Shown: in pieces, positions 30,541 through 44,009 of the stretch
Numbering within the stretch: the stretch's first letter is position 1
Layout of the letters: each line of letters opens with the position of its first letter
From: Eledone cirrhosa
Lineage: Eukaryota
NCBI GenBank assembly: GCA_964016885.1
Contig: OZ024742.1
Location: 317,440,001-317,504,000 of the forward strand
DNA: 64,000 nucleotides
Reading direction: 5' to 3'
The notes under the pieces: model-generated
Seen by the model: the letters and a program-made list of their open reading frames with translations, nothing else
The model's database searches: none
Told to the model about the DNA's origin: nothing
Made by a program: the position numbers and the translations under genes

Positions 30541-31860
30541 TCAATGACCGGCTTCTAGGAGGCGAGTTATTTCGGACATAATAAAATTGTCGTCTCTCTT
30601 GTTAATGAAACGTCCCTTAGTGGCAATCGGCTTGATATTTGTCTCGGCTAAATCGTGGAAGACAAGAGGCGGATTAACATCTATTGTCGGAAAGGTACAG
30701 CAGAGTTGATTTGAATATTTCATGGGAGGCCGGGCACCGCCAAGCTGGAGAATAATAGAGCTATGTTGGGTGAGGACATCCATTCCGATAATGACGTCTG
30801 TGACAAGACTTTTTGCAGTGATTAGGTTCACAGAGTATTCCTCGCTGTAGATACATATCGGTATGGATGTAGTACCAGTCGTCATTAATATTTTATTGTC
30901 GGCTAGTGTGATTGCCCGTTTTTCTTGTTTTACGCACAAGTTTAATTCAGTTGCTATGCTATGATGTATAAACGAATCTGTGGAACCAGGATCGATTAAG
31001 GCCTTTAGTGTGGTGTCTTTTATAGTTATCGGGCAGAGAATAGCTTTAGACTGTTTGCCGGTATTTAAGGAACATATAATTGAGGCTGCTTGCTTACTGC
31101 TTTGGCAGTCAGATTTACAGACTGATTGCCAGTGGCCGATCTTCCCACAAGAATAGCATATGTCTTTTCTAACTGGGCATTTATTTCTAGGATGCCTAGA
31201 AAGTCCACAAAAAAAGCATTTAAATTCACTTTGGGAATTAGCATTTTTCAAGTATTTCAGAAGAGGTTGTTTTGATTTTGTAGCTGCTACGGTAGGTTCT
31301 TGAGAGGATGTAGTTGACAGTGTTGATGAATTCAGAGAGACGTCTAGGTTGAATGATTTAGTAAAATCACTGGATAGTTCTATTGCATTTGCCATTGCTA
31401 TGCAGTCTTTTAGGTTTGCTTGTGTATCGTCCAGCTCTAGGAGACGTGCTCATATAGCGTCTGATTGGACTCCTGCTACTAGTGAATCCAGGGTCAACAT
31501 ATCTCTGTGGTCTTTAGCTGTGATGGCTTTACAGTTACATTTTTCCACTAAAAGGTTGAGTCTTTTAATAAACTCTCGAACGGTTTCTTCTTGCTTTTGG
31601 CGGCATGTTAGGAGTTGATGTCTGGCATAGAGTATACGACTGGGGGCTAAGAATTGAGTATCCAGGGTGATTAGTGCTTCGTTGAAGTTTTCTGTAGATT
31701 CGAGCAAACTAAATAGGTCGGCCCCAGCTTGTGAACGAAGGTAGGTCAATTTATGGTTGTCCTCTACTATGCCGTTTATGAGTAGGGAATCCACAAAACA
31801 CTTCCGCCACCATCGCCATTGCACGGATGGGGGGTCATTTGGGAATGTTGGATGTGACAT
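30541..31860 (-). pseudogene. gag: Gypsy gag (two zinc knuckles) plus aspartic protease
   Basis: CFFCGLSRHPRNKC..CYSCGKIGHWQSVC; ALIDPGS and IIGMD. An in-frame TGA at 31450-31452 splits a single frame. Confidence 0.9.
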
Positions 31861-32158
31861 TTTTAATTGAGTCATTGGTATTGAGAATGTAGCAAGCTTT
31901 GAAGGTAGAGTAAGGGTGGAAACGAATACCACAAAACGTCTAGTCTCGGAACGAAACAGTTGTAACAAATATCATATTGAATAAAATTGTTGTGCGTTCT
32001 AATATTGCAAAACTAAAGCTCCAATTCCAAGCTTTTATTCAATATCTAGAATATAAAAACAGTAATTAGTCTTGAAGAAATATAACAATAATATTTGTAA
32101 GAAAAGAAAGATATGCAATAAAACAAAGTTATATTGTGGATAGATGAACTTCATAACA

Positions 32159-32210
<52 letters not shown>

Positions 32211-32215
32211 ATATA

Positions 32216-32266
<51 letters not shown>

Positions 32267-32337
32267 GTATATATATATATCAAGTAAGAATATTTTCGAA
32301 ACAGCGAGTGGGTTTGAAATTATTAGAAATGTAAGCT

Positions 32338-32580
32338 ATCGCTGTATTTTGACTAAAGAAATTAAAGAAATTATTTAGCCTGATAGTGGGGTTAAGAACC
32401 CTCGGAGAAATGGAAAAAGATGAGTATTGACGTACATGGGAGTCGAACCCACATCTTTGGACCACTGTGCTACCATTTACACCAACACATCACCCGTCTG
32501 TTTCCATTTCTCCGAGGGTTCTTAACCCCACTATCAGGCTAAATAATTTCTTTAATTTCTTTAGTCAAAATACGGCGATA
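32338..32580. repeat. Fold-back island: ~80-bp inverted arms around a tRNA-like core
   Basis: Arms 32338-32417 and 32501-32580. The minus-strand spacer has an A box TGGTGTAAATGG and a B box GGTTCGACTCC. Confidence 0.75.
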
Positions 32581-32631
32581 GTATATATGTATATATATAT
32601 GTATATATATGTGTATATATATGTATATATC

Positions 32632-32663
<32 letters not shown>

Positions 32664-32709
32664 TATGTATATATATATGTATATATATATATGTATATAT
32701 ATATATATG

Positions 32710-32745
<36 letters not shown>

Positions 32746-32785
32746 TGCATATATATATATATGCCTGTATTTATATATATGCCTG

Positions 32786-32843
<58 letters not shown>

Positions 32844-32902
32844 TGTATTTAAATATATATATATAAATCCAGGCATATATTTTTATATATATATATATAA
32901 AT

Positions 32903-33237
32903 AGGGCGGGCATAATTCCCGAGATTCGTGGACGAGTTCTCTTCATCGCTGCCATTTCCTGCGTCTCCAAGAGACCGGTGTCTGTCCTCAGGTCATCAAC
33001 ATCCTTCTTCTAGCGTCTCCGTGCAGGGTCTCCCACAGGTCCACTGAGTGCAATGTCAACTCTAGATGTCGGTGAGCATGTCCAGCTAACCTCAGTCTCC
33101 TCTTTGCTACTTTTGAGCTGACTTTTGGGAGGTTCCCGTACAGCTCTGAGTTCTTCATCTTCAGTGTATACCGATTAATGTTTAGGGTCATCCTCAGCAT
33201 TCTCGTGTAGCACCCGTCCACCATCTGAGTGAGTTTC

Positions 33238-33238
<1 letters not shown>
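32903..33238 (-). mobile_element. RTE LINE 3' fragment
   Basis: MVDGCYTRMLR..RRLRLAGHAHR, the C-terminal signature of RTE-type ORFs. Confidence 0.75.
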
Positions 33239-33288
<50 letters not shown>

Positions 33289-33723
33289 GAGAGTGCGGGG
33301 GGGGGAGAATGGGCTCTTCAAAGTACCCGGTTACGAACCCACAACTGTAGTAGATAAAGCTAACCGGAGTTCACTGTGGCTGTGTATAACAATACATTTC
33401 TACTTAGATTTCCATCTAAGTATTTCAAATAACTACCAGTAATATATCGGTATTAAATCTTTTGATCAGCGAACCAAACCAAATATAAAGAAGCATTGTT
33501 CTTCGTGTTTTGCTCCATTGTTAGTTATGTTGTAGATGTTTATGTCGCTACCACTTTGGTTCTTTTGATTTTTTTTTTACCGTTTTCTCTTTATTTTTTT
33601 CCCTTATATTTATTTTCTCTCTTCTTAGATTGTAATTTCTTTATGTTTCCTTCAGTGTTCGTGTCTACTACTACTACTGCTACTGTTAGTACTATTACTA
33701 ATACAACACATGTTGATTTCACA

Positions 33724-33772
<49 letters not shown>

Positions 33773-33800
33773 CCACTACTACTACCACTACTACTACTAA

Positions 33801-33858
<58 letters not shown>

Positions 33859-33889
33859 GTTGCTACTGCTACTACTACTACTACTACTG

Positions 33890-33931
<42 letters not shown>

Positions 33932-34554
33932 ATACTATGTTATCTTGTTATACTCCTCTTTCATATATTCAGTTGTTGTTTTATCACCTCAGATGTTTTT
34001 TTAAAGCTTTTTTATCCACACTTAAATTTGCTATTTCATTGATTCCGATTCTGTGATAATATTCAAAGATGTCTTCTGAAAGCCGAACGAAAATAATGCT
34101 TCCCGCCGAGTGTAGCTTAGCCTTTCATCCACACTGGATCGATAAAGTATAATACCAGTAACGCAGTGGGGTCTATTTAACCGACTTTCCCCTCACTCAA
34201 AATTGTTGAACTTGTGCCTAAATCAGAAACCATTATCATGCAATGCAGTAGGAATGAAAGATTGACTGAATACACGCAAATGATATAAAATAAAACATGC
34301 TCTCCAATGAGTTGATGCTTTTAATGCTTATTTTCATTGCTTATTTTTCGTTTTATTTTATATTGTTGAAGTCAGTTGAGAATAAACATCTCGTGGATTA
34401 ATTAATAAATACTTCTTGCAAAAAAATGTATTTCTAGACGAATGAATGTACGCAGAGGATTTGATTACGAATTGACTTTAATAACTTGTATGTCCCTTAT
34501 ACCCAAAGAAAGTGCATGAAGACAATAGTTTCTCATTATTTTTGCCATCCTAAG

Positions 34555-34737
34555 GGCGGTGGATTGGCAGTATCGGTAGAGGGTCGGACGCCATGCTTTC
34601 CAGCATAGTTACGTTCTTTACGATCTGAGTTCAAATCCCGCCGAGGTTGACTTTGCCTTTCATCCTTACGGGGTCGATAAAATAAAGTACCAATAATGCA
34701 CTGGGTAATTGCTGGCCTTGTGCCTAAAGTAGAAACA
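34555..34737 (+). mobile_element. SINE family N, full length
   Basis: 20-bp TSD ATTATTTTKGCCATCCTAAG at 34535 and 34738. Confidence 0.9.
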
Positions 34738-34964
34738 ATTATTTTGGCCATCCTAAGGTATATATTTTTGCAAATATGTACTTTTCGAAACTCCAACACT
34801 ACAATGACTCTTCAAAATGACAACGCGTTTAAAACTATAAACATTCCTGGCACAACATTCTAGATAGCAAATTAGCAGAGTCGTCACGGCCTCACCCTTG
34901 ACTTTCAAAGAGGAAGCGTCGATATATATAATCCTACTTAGATACTGAACTCAAATCTTTCTTC

Positions 34965-35011
<47 letters not shown>

Positions 35012-36139
35012 AATTGATTACAGCTATGGAGATGGCGTCTTGTAAAACCACTCGAATGAAGGCAACAGGAAACGATATGTTTATTCTCTCAAGAAAATTC
35101 TACGACGCATAGTGCTTGTCAAAGATGTCATAATAGGTCATTTGTTAACATGGTGGCCCATATTTCCTTGTAGGAATAAAAATACTACTTGTCTTCTTTA
35201 TTGGTTTTCATGATAACGGATACGATATAGCGAGAATCCCTTCATTTTTAAGTTCTTTACTTTGGTTACTTTATTTTTTATATTATATTAATTTTCTAAT
35301 GTTGTATCTCTGTAGTGTTTTTCTCGATGTCATTGTTGTTTTCGTGGAAGATTGACAAGTCCTGTTCTATTTTTTCAATGAATGTTTGTCTTTCAACTTT
35401 TTAGAGGGTTCAGATGTTTATACATGATTACTTCAAGGATGTATCCACTTCGATTTATGAACATACTGAGGGAAATAGTAGAAGTTATTGATGTTGCAAG
35501 GTTTTACTATGTTTACGATGGCCAGGCTGGCGTTTTTATTTATTGTTGTTACTATGGTAAGATCAAGAGATTTTTCATATCCTGATTGATTTACTTAGCA
35601 CCGAATTACCATGTTCTACAGTATTCGGTCTGGTTCTCTGTATTCTGAGTTCAAATCTCACTGAGCTCAACTTTTCCTTTAATCCATAGATTTAAGGGTA
35701 TTGGATTGGCAGAATTGTTAGTGTGAAAAACAAAATGTCTTTCGATATGTTTTTTTCTGGCTCAGTCTATTTTAAGTTCAAATCCTGCCGTGGAAAACTT
35801 GGATGATAAACTCAATGTTTCGCCTGGTTTAACGCTCCCATCTGAAGCTAGGTTGGTTTTAATGGTGTCTGCACTGTTGCACTGTTTTATACAATATCTT
35901 CGGATTGAAAACACCTTCCCACCCAACAGCCCCGGTAGCCCAGTACATGATAAGGAGCACTGCTCATCTATCATTGACTTAACAATATAAGAAATATTTA
36001 CTTGTCTCTGTGAATTAGAATGTCTTAGTATATGTTTATTTTAACCCTATATATTTTTTATCGGGTCTTTTCTCTCGGGATATCACAATGTTGTCATACG
36101 TTCTAGCGTATATAACCTCCAGGTCTTTCATGATTATAT

Positions 36140-36216
<77 letters not shown>

Positions 36217-38251
36217 TGTTGTTGTTGTGTTTGTTGCTGTTGTTGTTGTTGTTGTAATAGTAACAACAACGATAGAAAAGTATACTATTCAATAAGAAAG
36301 AAGTTTTAGAGACGGGGAAAGTCGATCTAATCAACCCCAGTACTATACTGGTACTTTATTTTATCAACTTCAGGAGGATGAAATGTAAAGTTGGTCTAGA
36401 TAGCATTTGAATGCAGAATGAAGAAAGCCACAAGAAATGTTACTCAGCATTTGTGCGACGCTCTAAAGATTCTGCCGATTCACCGCTTAATAAGTAAAAA
36501 TAATCAACAATAACTAGTGTAGCAAGGATATGAATAAGATCAAAGAAATAACTGCTCTTGATTTAATGGTCAAAGAAAGATTGAGACAACACTAATGAAC
36601 AAGGAAAACATGACCGCTACAGCAGACAGAGAAACATAACTTAATTAAATCCAGTGAGTAAACAATGCTATAGTAATATTCTATATTGTTTTTCTTTCAT
36701 TCTTTGGAGTTAAAACGAAACAGCGAACAACAGCAGCGATAGATCTTCAACTGAAAACGAAAATACACATAGAAAATAAATATTATTTTTATGAATGTCA
36801 TAAGTAAAAAGTAAAATAAGTATTATTAATTTCATCGATGTTTTATAATTTCTTAATCAGGCGGCCAGGCTGTAACAGTCTGGTCGCATGGTTAAGGAAT
36901 TCGCTTCGCACTCGAAAGGAATCAGTTTCGGTCTCACCGTATGGTATCTTCTACAAGTGTCATTTACCATACATTTGTGTCGACTCAGACCTTTCAAGTG
37001 AAACTGTATAAAAGCCCGACCGATAGTGTGTGCCTGGCATTGAAAAATCCAGCCTTGCCACACACTGTGTCACGCTGAATCTTTCTTAGAATCTCGTTGC
37101 GTACACGTGTTGTGAAATACCTAGCAACTTGCACGCTAATTTGCTAGCCGGCGGTTCCTTTGATCGAATACGCATCGCTGAAACCGACAGAAACCCATTC
37201 CATTATGCAATTGAAATAATACATATGCCATGTTCACATGCGATATTTGTTGTGATGATATTTATGTCTAGAAATGTACATTTAGTGAAAGTATTTAAAA
37301 TAGCGGATGTGTTTACATTTGTGGCTAATACCAATGTTTTTGAAATGTAAATGTTTATATGGATTCTTAGAATGGAGGGCTTGTATATAAAAATGGCTTC
37401 ATGTATGAAAGAAGTTGAATCGGAAGTACGAAATGATAATAGATATACTGTGAACAGTATTTCAAATAATTATATATCTATTAGGTAACTGATAACGTGT
37501 CAATTGAGGGTTAATTTTCAGCTAAAGATGGCGCCATTCTATATGTGGCAAGAAATATTGCTAAAGTCTCTAGTGCTAGATATCAGCTAGATTGATTAAG
37601 TGGAATACACAGAATTATATATATTTCTTTTAAACAAACTTACACACACACACACATAGCTAGAAAAGAGATTAACCACTCGATAATTTATCGTCCACTA
37701 TGGAAGAAATGGAATATACTTAAACTGTAAAAATTATAACAGCATATAGTATTAAAATGAAAACGATGTGTGCCATTGATATTTATTACATATATTCAAT
37801 AATATTGAACTTTCATATAAATCAAATTTGAATTCTATACCAAAGTACTTAAGATAAATCATAATGATTCGAGTTGATGTTTAATTTTTTTCTAAAATGA
37901 ATTAATGATACAAAAGCTAGAAACAATTATGTACAGAAAATACAATTACTGATGCAAATACTTTTAATTTTCGGATACATTTCCAAACAGAAACATCCGA
38001 TTAAAGAAATTTTCAATTTACACTTTACTTAAGCAATTGCTACATTCGTAACTCTAACAAACAAACCAAAGAGTAAGCATCACCGATCAATGATCAATAT
38101 TTAAAAATATATATTAATTGACCTACGTAACTGTCACTCTAAATTATCCTTTATATGGTTATAATAAACTAACATGGCAAATCTTTTGGGTAGCTACAAC
38201 ACTTTAAACACTATCCGTGATACACGTCTTGCCACAGCTGACTGGTCCACA

Positions 38252-38743
38252 ATGCAGTCGGGACGTGAGGACAACTTGGAGGCTCGTTATGTAATAATTT
38301 TTTGTGTCAAACTCGGCAAACCAATGAAACCTATGAAATGGTCAGAATTGCTTACGGACTAACTTTCTTGATCCTGGCGACTGTTTTCCGCTGACACAAG
38401 AGGTTCTATGAGGGCAGGGAGCAGGTGAGGGACGACAAGGGGTGTGGCAAGGAGAGAGACACCAGGACGCCAAAATTGGTTGACAAATTTCGCAAGTTTC
38501 TGGACGTGGACCGTCGTGCATCTCTTCTGACGATTGCTAAATTATTTGAAGTGGCTGAGGGTAGAGTGCACAGTCATCCATTATCTGAATATGCACAAAG
38601 TTTGTGCAACGTTTGTTCCTAGGGTGCTTAATGAAGATCAAATGCAGAGGCGCATTGACGATAGCAGGGAGATGGTTGAATGGATCGCTTTGAGTATAAA
38701 TGTCCTTGAGTCTCTGGTAACCCGAGACGAGTGCTGGGTATAA
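38252..38743 (+). pseudogene. Mariner transposase N-terminal remnant
   Basis: LEARYVIIFCVKLGK (HTH), KVCATFVPRVL (WVPxxL-like) and LVTRDECWV (TGDETW-like), with frameshifts. Confidence 0.85.
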
Positions 38744-39040
38744 TGTATTTGATACTGTATTTCTGTTGAAGAGAGCAGTTCGTTTAAATCATACAAGAGA
38801 AGCTTGGATTTACGTCGAGAATATTATTTGGAGTAATATTTTATCTCATAGACAGGCTATATGAATCTTGACGGAATTGCAATTGAGAATTTTGCTCTAC
38901 CTATGTTATGGTGGGAAATGTCTATCTATTAAATTTAAAACTTCTTACTTATATTAGTCTTTACTTTAAAGGAAAGAATGGGGGAGTACGAAACAGATAA
39001 TTCTTTTTCTGTTGTCATTTTGAATATGGTTGTGTTGGGA

Positions 39041-39167
39041 TTGGTTGGGTGAGTGCTTAATGTCATTAAAACCTCTACCAGAGAGGGCTTTATTGAATAC
39101 TCTTTTCCATTTTCCTTTTTCAAACCTACGGATATTTACTATATATATATATGAATGCATATATATT

Positions 39168-39214
<47 letters not shown>

Positions 39215-39328
39215 TCATATTTATATAGTAAATATCCGTAGGTGTGAAAAGAAAAATGGAAAACAGTGTTCAATAAAGCCCTCTCTGGTAGTGGTTTTAA
39301 TGACAACATTAAGCACTCACCCAACCAT
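39041..39328. repeat. Inverted ~105-bp arms separated by a TA tract
   Basis: 39041-39145 versus 39222-39328 (TGGTTGGGTGAGTGCTTAATG..CCTACGGATATTTACTATAT and its reverse complement). Confidence 0.85.
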
Positions 39329-39542
39329 ATATATATATATGTTAATAGGGGAATGTATATATATATATATATGTGTGTGTATGTATATGTGTATGTATAT
39401 ATATGTGTGTATATATGTATATATATATATGTGTGTATATATGTGTGTGTGTGTGTATATATATATGTATATATGTATATATATATGTGTGTGTGTATAT
39501 ATATATATCTATATATTAAATTTGTGTGTGTTATGTGCGTAT

Positions 39543-39574
<32 letters not shown>

Positions 39575-39604
39575 TTATACGTATATATATATATATATAT
39601 AAAA

Positions 39605-39676
<72 letters not shown>

Positions 39677-39692
39677 GTATATATATATATAC

Positions 39693-39728
<36 letters not shown>

Positions 39729-39776
39729 GTATATATATATATACGTATATATATATATACGTATATATATATATAC

Positions 39777-39834
<58 letters not shown>

Positions 39835-39914
39835 GTATATATATATATACGTTTATATATATATATGTATATATATACGCATATTAATATATATATATGT
39901 ATATAGATAGTTAC

Positions 39915-39963
39915 GCTTCCTGATGATTTCTCACGAATGAAACAGTTCTAGTCCTGTAGAAGC
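39915..39963 (+). ncRNA. Hammerhead motif, canonical core
   Basis: GCUUC-CUGAUGA-U UUC UCAC GAA U-GAAA-CAG UUCUAGUC CUG-UA^GAAGC. Confidence 0.8.
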
Positions 39964-40131
39964 TCTTCTATATTAAAACATTTATACTCTGCTATGTATT
40001 GAGTACCTTACTTGCTGTGGTTTCCTCTGATTCAACCCGGAATAACTTATATATATATATATATATATGTCCCAAGGCTCTGATACCATCAACACTATAA
40101 ACACAGAGCTGGCATATCTAAGAACTGACTA

Positions 40132-40187
40132 ACTGCCTGATGAGCTCATAGCCATTCAATGGCTATCATCGAAATATATATAGCAGT
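40132..40187 (+). ncRNA. Minimal hammerhead motif, same family as 27711-27765
   Basis: ACUGC-CUGAUGA-GCUCAUAGCCA UUCAA UGGCUAUCAUC-GAAA-UAUAUA-UA^GCAGU. Confidence 0.8.
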
Positions 40188-40284
40188 AAATAAAGGATTA
40201 TGAGTTCATGCATTTGACTTATGTTTCGTCACTATATATATATGTATATAGTGAGAAAAACCACAGACCCTCCATCTCAACTCA

Positions 40285-40322
40285 CCTTTTGAAAAGCAGA
40301 AGAACTGCGAAACCGGTAAAGG
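40285..40322 (+). ncRNA. Minimal hammerhead motif (C3U/G8A), identical to 22861-22898
   Basis: CCUU-UUGAAAA-GCAG..CUGC-GAAA-CCGG-UA^AAGG, within island 40253-40456. Confidence 0.8.
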
Positions 40323-40451
40323 AACCAAATAAATATATATTTTTTTTTTAAATAAGACTCCAGTTGCATTTTCGATTTCATCTCTTTTTCTTTATACTTT
40401 CACTCGTGTAGGACACCTCGGTTATTTTTCATTTTGTAAAAAAAACCTCAC

Positions 40452-40586
<135 letters not shown>

Positions 40587-40802
40587 ATATATATATATAT
40601 ACATAATATATATATATGCATAAACAAAACAATACATCATAAAGATATAGAGTTTTTGCGAGGTCTGCCGACTTATCAAGAGGATACCTCGTTTTACTAG
40701 CTTCAAGAACGCGTCTATATGATGTGACTATCTCCCCCTCCGCCTTTTGGGATTCTTTCTCACATCATATAGACGCGTTCTTGAAGCTAGTAAAACGAGG
40801 TA

Positions 40803-40892
40803 TCCCCTTGATAAGTCGGCAGACCTCGCAAATGCTCTATATCTTTATGATGTATTATTTTTGTTTATGCCACGAAACTACGTAGTCGAGGA
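40803..40892 (+). ncRNA. Hammerhead motif (C3U/G8A) with large loop II, in fold-back island 40618-40870
   Basis: UCCCC-UUGAUAA-GUCGGCA..(~46 nt)..UGCCAC-GAAA-CUACGUAG-UC^GAGGA. The inverted arm reads UCCUC, which pairs perfectly with GAGGA. Confidence 0.65.
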
Positions 40893-41125
40893 ATCTAGGA
40901 GCAGTTTAGGTATGATACATTTTATTACAAATTATATCTAAATGTTTCTTCTCTCTTCATAATGTACTTTTAGCTCTGATACTGGTTCAGTCTAATTCAA
41001 CCGGATTGGTCTGTCCCAGTCATTCATAGAGCAACATCGGTAAGGTTGGCACCATTAACTCACGGTTGGATGTGGATGCATTCATGTATATGTGTGATTG
41101 TCCGCATGTATCTGTGTGTTTCTAA

Positions 41126-41182
<57 letters not shown>

Positions 41183-41245
41183 ATATATATATATGTATAT
41201 ATATGTATATATGTATATATGTATATATGTATATATATATATGCA

Positions 41246-41853
41246 TGTCAGGTCACCAGTTGGTGCTACTGGTAACATGTATCCCAGTATAACCTGTCTC
41301 ATGGTCGGGTCGTTGGCGACTAAACTGGCAACCCCACCAAGGTTTCTTGGTGAGGAGGGTGACTTTGGACATCCTGCAGGACTAAAAACAAAACCTGTCA
41401 AAGGGCATAGGAGCTCTTAAGAGTCAATGGCCATCCAAAATCACCGGGAGAGATGACCCCTAAGCCTTTGTCAAGGCAGAATTCTAGGAGAAGGAAAACT
41501 CTGATCTAACACCTGCAACCCTGATGGTATCCAATGACGTTGACTTGTTCTACTTTTTGGTAAATATCATCTTGGTTAAGAGAGTGGGACTGGCTTTGTG
41601 CAGTGCCTTTGCTCACTATAAAAGCTTCACGGCACAGGCATTGCTTTATATCTGGAGATCTCTCTGCACTTGTTGTCACATGGTACCATGGGCCCTGCAC
41701 TATGTGTCAGTAATTGTCACAAGTGTAGTGTTTGTACCAAAGTTTTTAAGTCGCTGGCTGGACTAAAAAGTCACACTCGTTGAGCGCATCGGTAAGGGTT
41801 CTCCTACGTGGATATAAAGTAGTGGCCGTACTCGAAATCGAGTTGGCAGCCAC
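41246..41853 (+). mobile_element. Second copy of the unclassified ~610-bp element
   Basis: Collinear with 15798-16405 and flanked by TA tracts on both sides. Confidence 0.8.
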
Positions 41854-41886
41854 CATATATATATATATGTATATATATATGTATAC

Positions 41887-41927
<41 letters not shown>

Positions 41928-42071
41928 GAGAGAGAGAAAATTGAGGTTGGTAATGGCACATGGAATATATAAGAGACAGAATACTTTTTTGTGAAAAAAC
42001 ATAATTTTATAAGGTAAGGAAATAATAATTTCTCTATAACCTTCGTTTTGTGTAGAAAATTACACTTTTCA

Positions 42072-42108
<37 letters not shown>

Positions 42109-42226
42109 ATATATATATATGTATATATATATATGTAAATATGTATATATATGTATATATGTTATATGTATATATCTATATATATATATATATGTATATA
42201 TGTGTATATATATATATGTATATATG

Positions 42227-42287
<61 letters not shown>

Positions 42288-42362
42288 ATATATATATGTA
42301 TATATATATATGTAAATATGTATATATATGTATATATATATATATATATATGTATATATCTA

Positions 42363-42407
<45 letters not shown>

Positions 42408-43183
42408 GTGTATATATATATGTGTATATATGTATATATATATGTATATATATATATACATATATATTCTCTACCTTTCAGTTTGTGAAAACTTACTCTT
42501 AAAGAAATGATGGCAATCTACTGTTATTTCTTATTGTGGCGTAGAAACGAATCTTCTAACATTCAAATTTTGAATAAAACAATAGATTGTATAAGTAAAT
42601 ATCTTTAAGTCGTTTGGAAGCCTCGACAATGCAAATGGGCAAATCTCCGGGTAACAAGATCCGGTGGTGGAGAGAGAATATCAAAACAACATTTTGATAT
42701 TCAAAACAACAAACAGCGGAGGACAGCGGAGGACGCGTTTCACACCTTTCCGACAGACAACCTTTCCCCCACCCCGGAAAAAAACCCTCCAGTTGATGGA
42801 TGTGAATCCGAAATATATAGGGACAATTAAATCTCTCCCAAGGTAACTCTCTCTCGTGTTGTTATTTTAATTGTATCCTTTATACTCTTTCCTTCTTTCT
42901 TCTACACGTCTTATACACACCACTCATCTCAACGTACACCCACTTACATCTCTCTCTCCACCACCGGATCTTGTTACCTGGATATTTACCCATTTGCATT
43001 GTCGAGGCTTCCAAACGACTTAAAGATATTTACTTATTATTCCACAATGCTTCAAGCAAACTTTAATACTCTCTTAATAGATTGTATACTTTTGTATTGT
43101 CTTAGCGTTAAAGTCAATTTTCTATGTTGTCACAATGTCTTCAAAAGTGCTTCAAAACTCAATTCAAATATTCACACACGCAC

Positions 43184-43334
<151 letters not shown>

Positions 43335-43351
43335 TTCTCTCACACACACAT

Positions 43352-43381
<30 letters not shown>

Positions 43382-43384
<3 letters not shown>

Positions 43385-43990
43385 GAATAGAATGAAACGA
43401 AATTTCATTTCTCACTCTTAGTTCGGCACTTACTTAAATGTAAGTATGTATGTATACGTACATTCATATATGTATACAGACGTACAGTAGTATGTATATA
43501 TATACATACATGCACACATATATATATGCACGTATCGGTTTACAGAACATTTATTATAATGCTCGGTTTGTTTGTTTGTAAACAAACAAACAGCCCGAAT
43601 TACGCCGTACAGTGTTGAGGCAACCATGTCACCTTTTTGTTCAACACTGACACACGAACGATGTACTAGTTTCAAGCTTATTAGCTATCGTCAGCATCGT
43701 ATACCTTCCTGCCAGATGGTTGAACGTCTGAAAGTATATAATTTCCTTTTGCATATTAACGGCTGAGCAGCCTAATTTGCATATCGCGTGAGTTGAGTCG
43801 GCCGGGCACACCGAAAACGATAAATGGAATAGAATGAAACGAAATTTCATTTCTCACTCTTAGTACGGCACTTACTTAAATGTAAGTATGTATGTATGTA
43901 TACGTATATACATATATGTATACAGACGTACAGTAGTATGTATATATATACATACATGCACACATATATATATGCACGTATCGGTTTACC
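43382..43990 (-). mobile_element. Partial tandem (442-bp period) non-coding unit with a hammerhead; pLTR/retrozyme-like
   Basis: Direct repeats at 43382-43543 and 43824-43990 flank a unique core. Confidence 0.7.
43658..43700 (-). ncRNA. Minimal hammerhead motif, canonical core
   Basis: ACGAUG-CUGACGA-U AGCU AAUA AGCU U-GAAA-CUAG-UA^CAUCGU. Confidence 0.85.
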
Positions 43991-44009
43991 GAATATATAT
44001 ATATATATG

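Larger units (their letters stand above)
28127..32158 (-). mobile_element. Ty3/Gypsy LTR retrotransposon, near full length, decayed ORF
   Basis: 171-bp TG..CA LTRs at 28127-28297 and 31988-32158 with 2 mismatches seen. Domain order is gag-PR-RT-RH-IN. Inserted in a TA tract. Confidence 0.95.
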
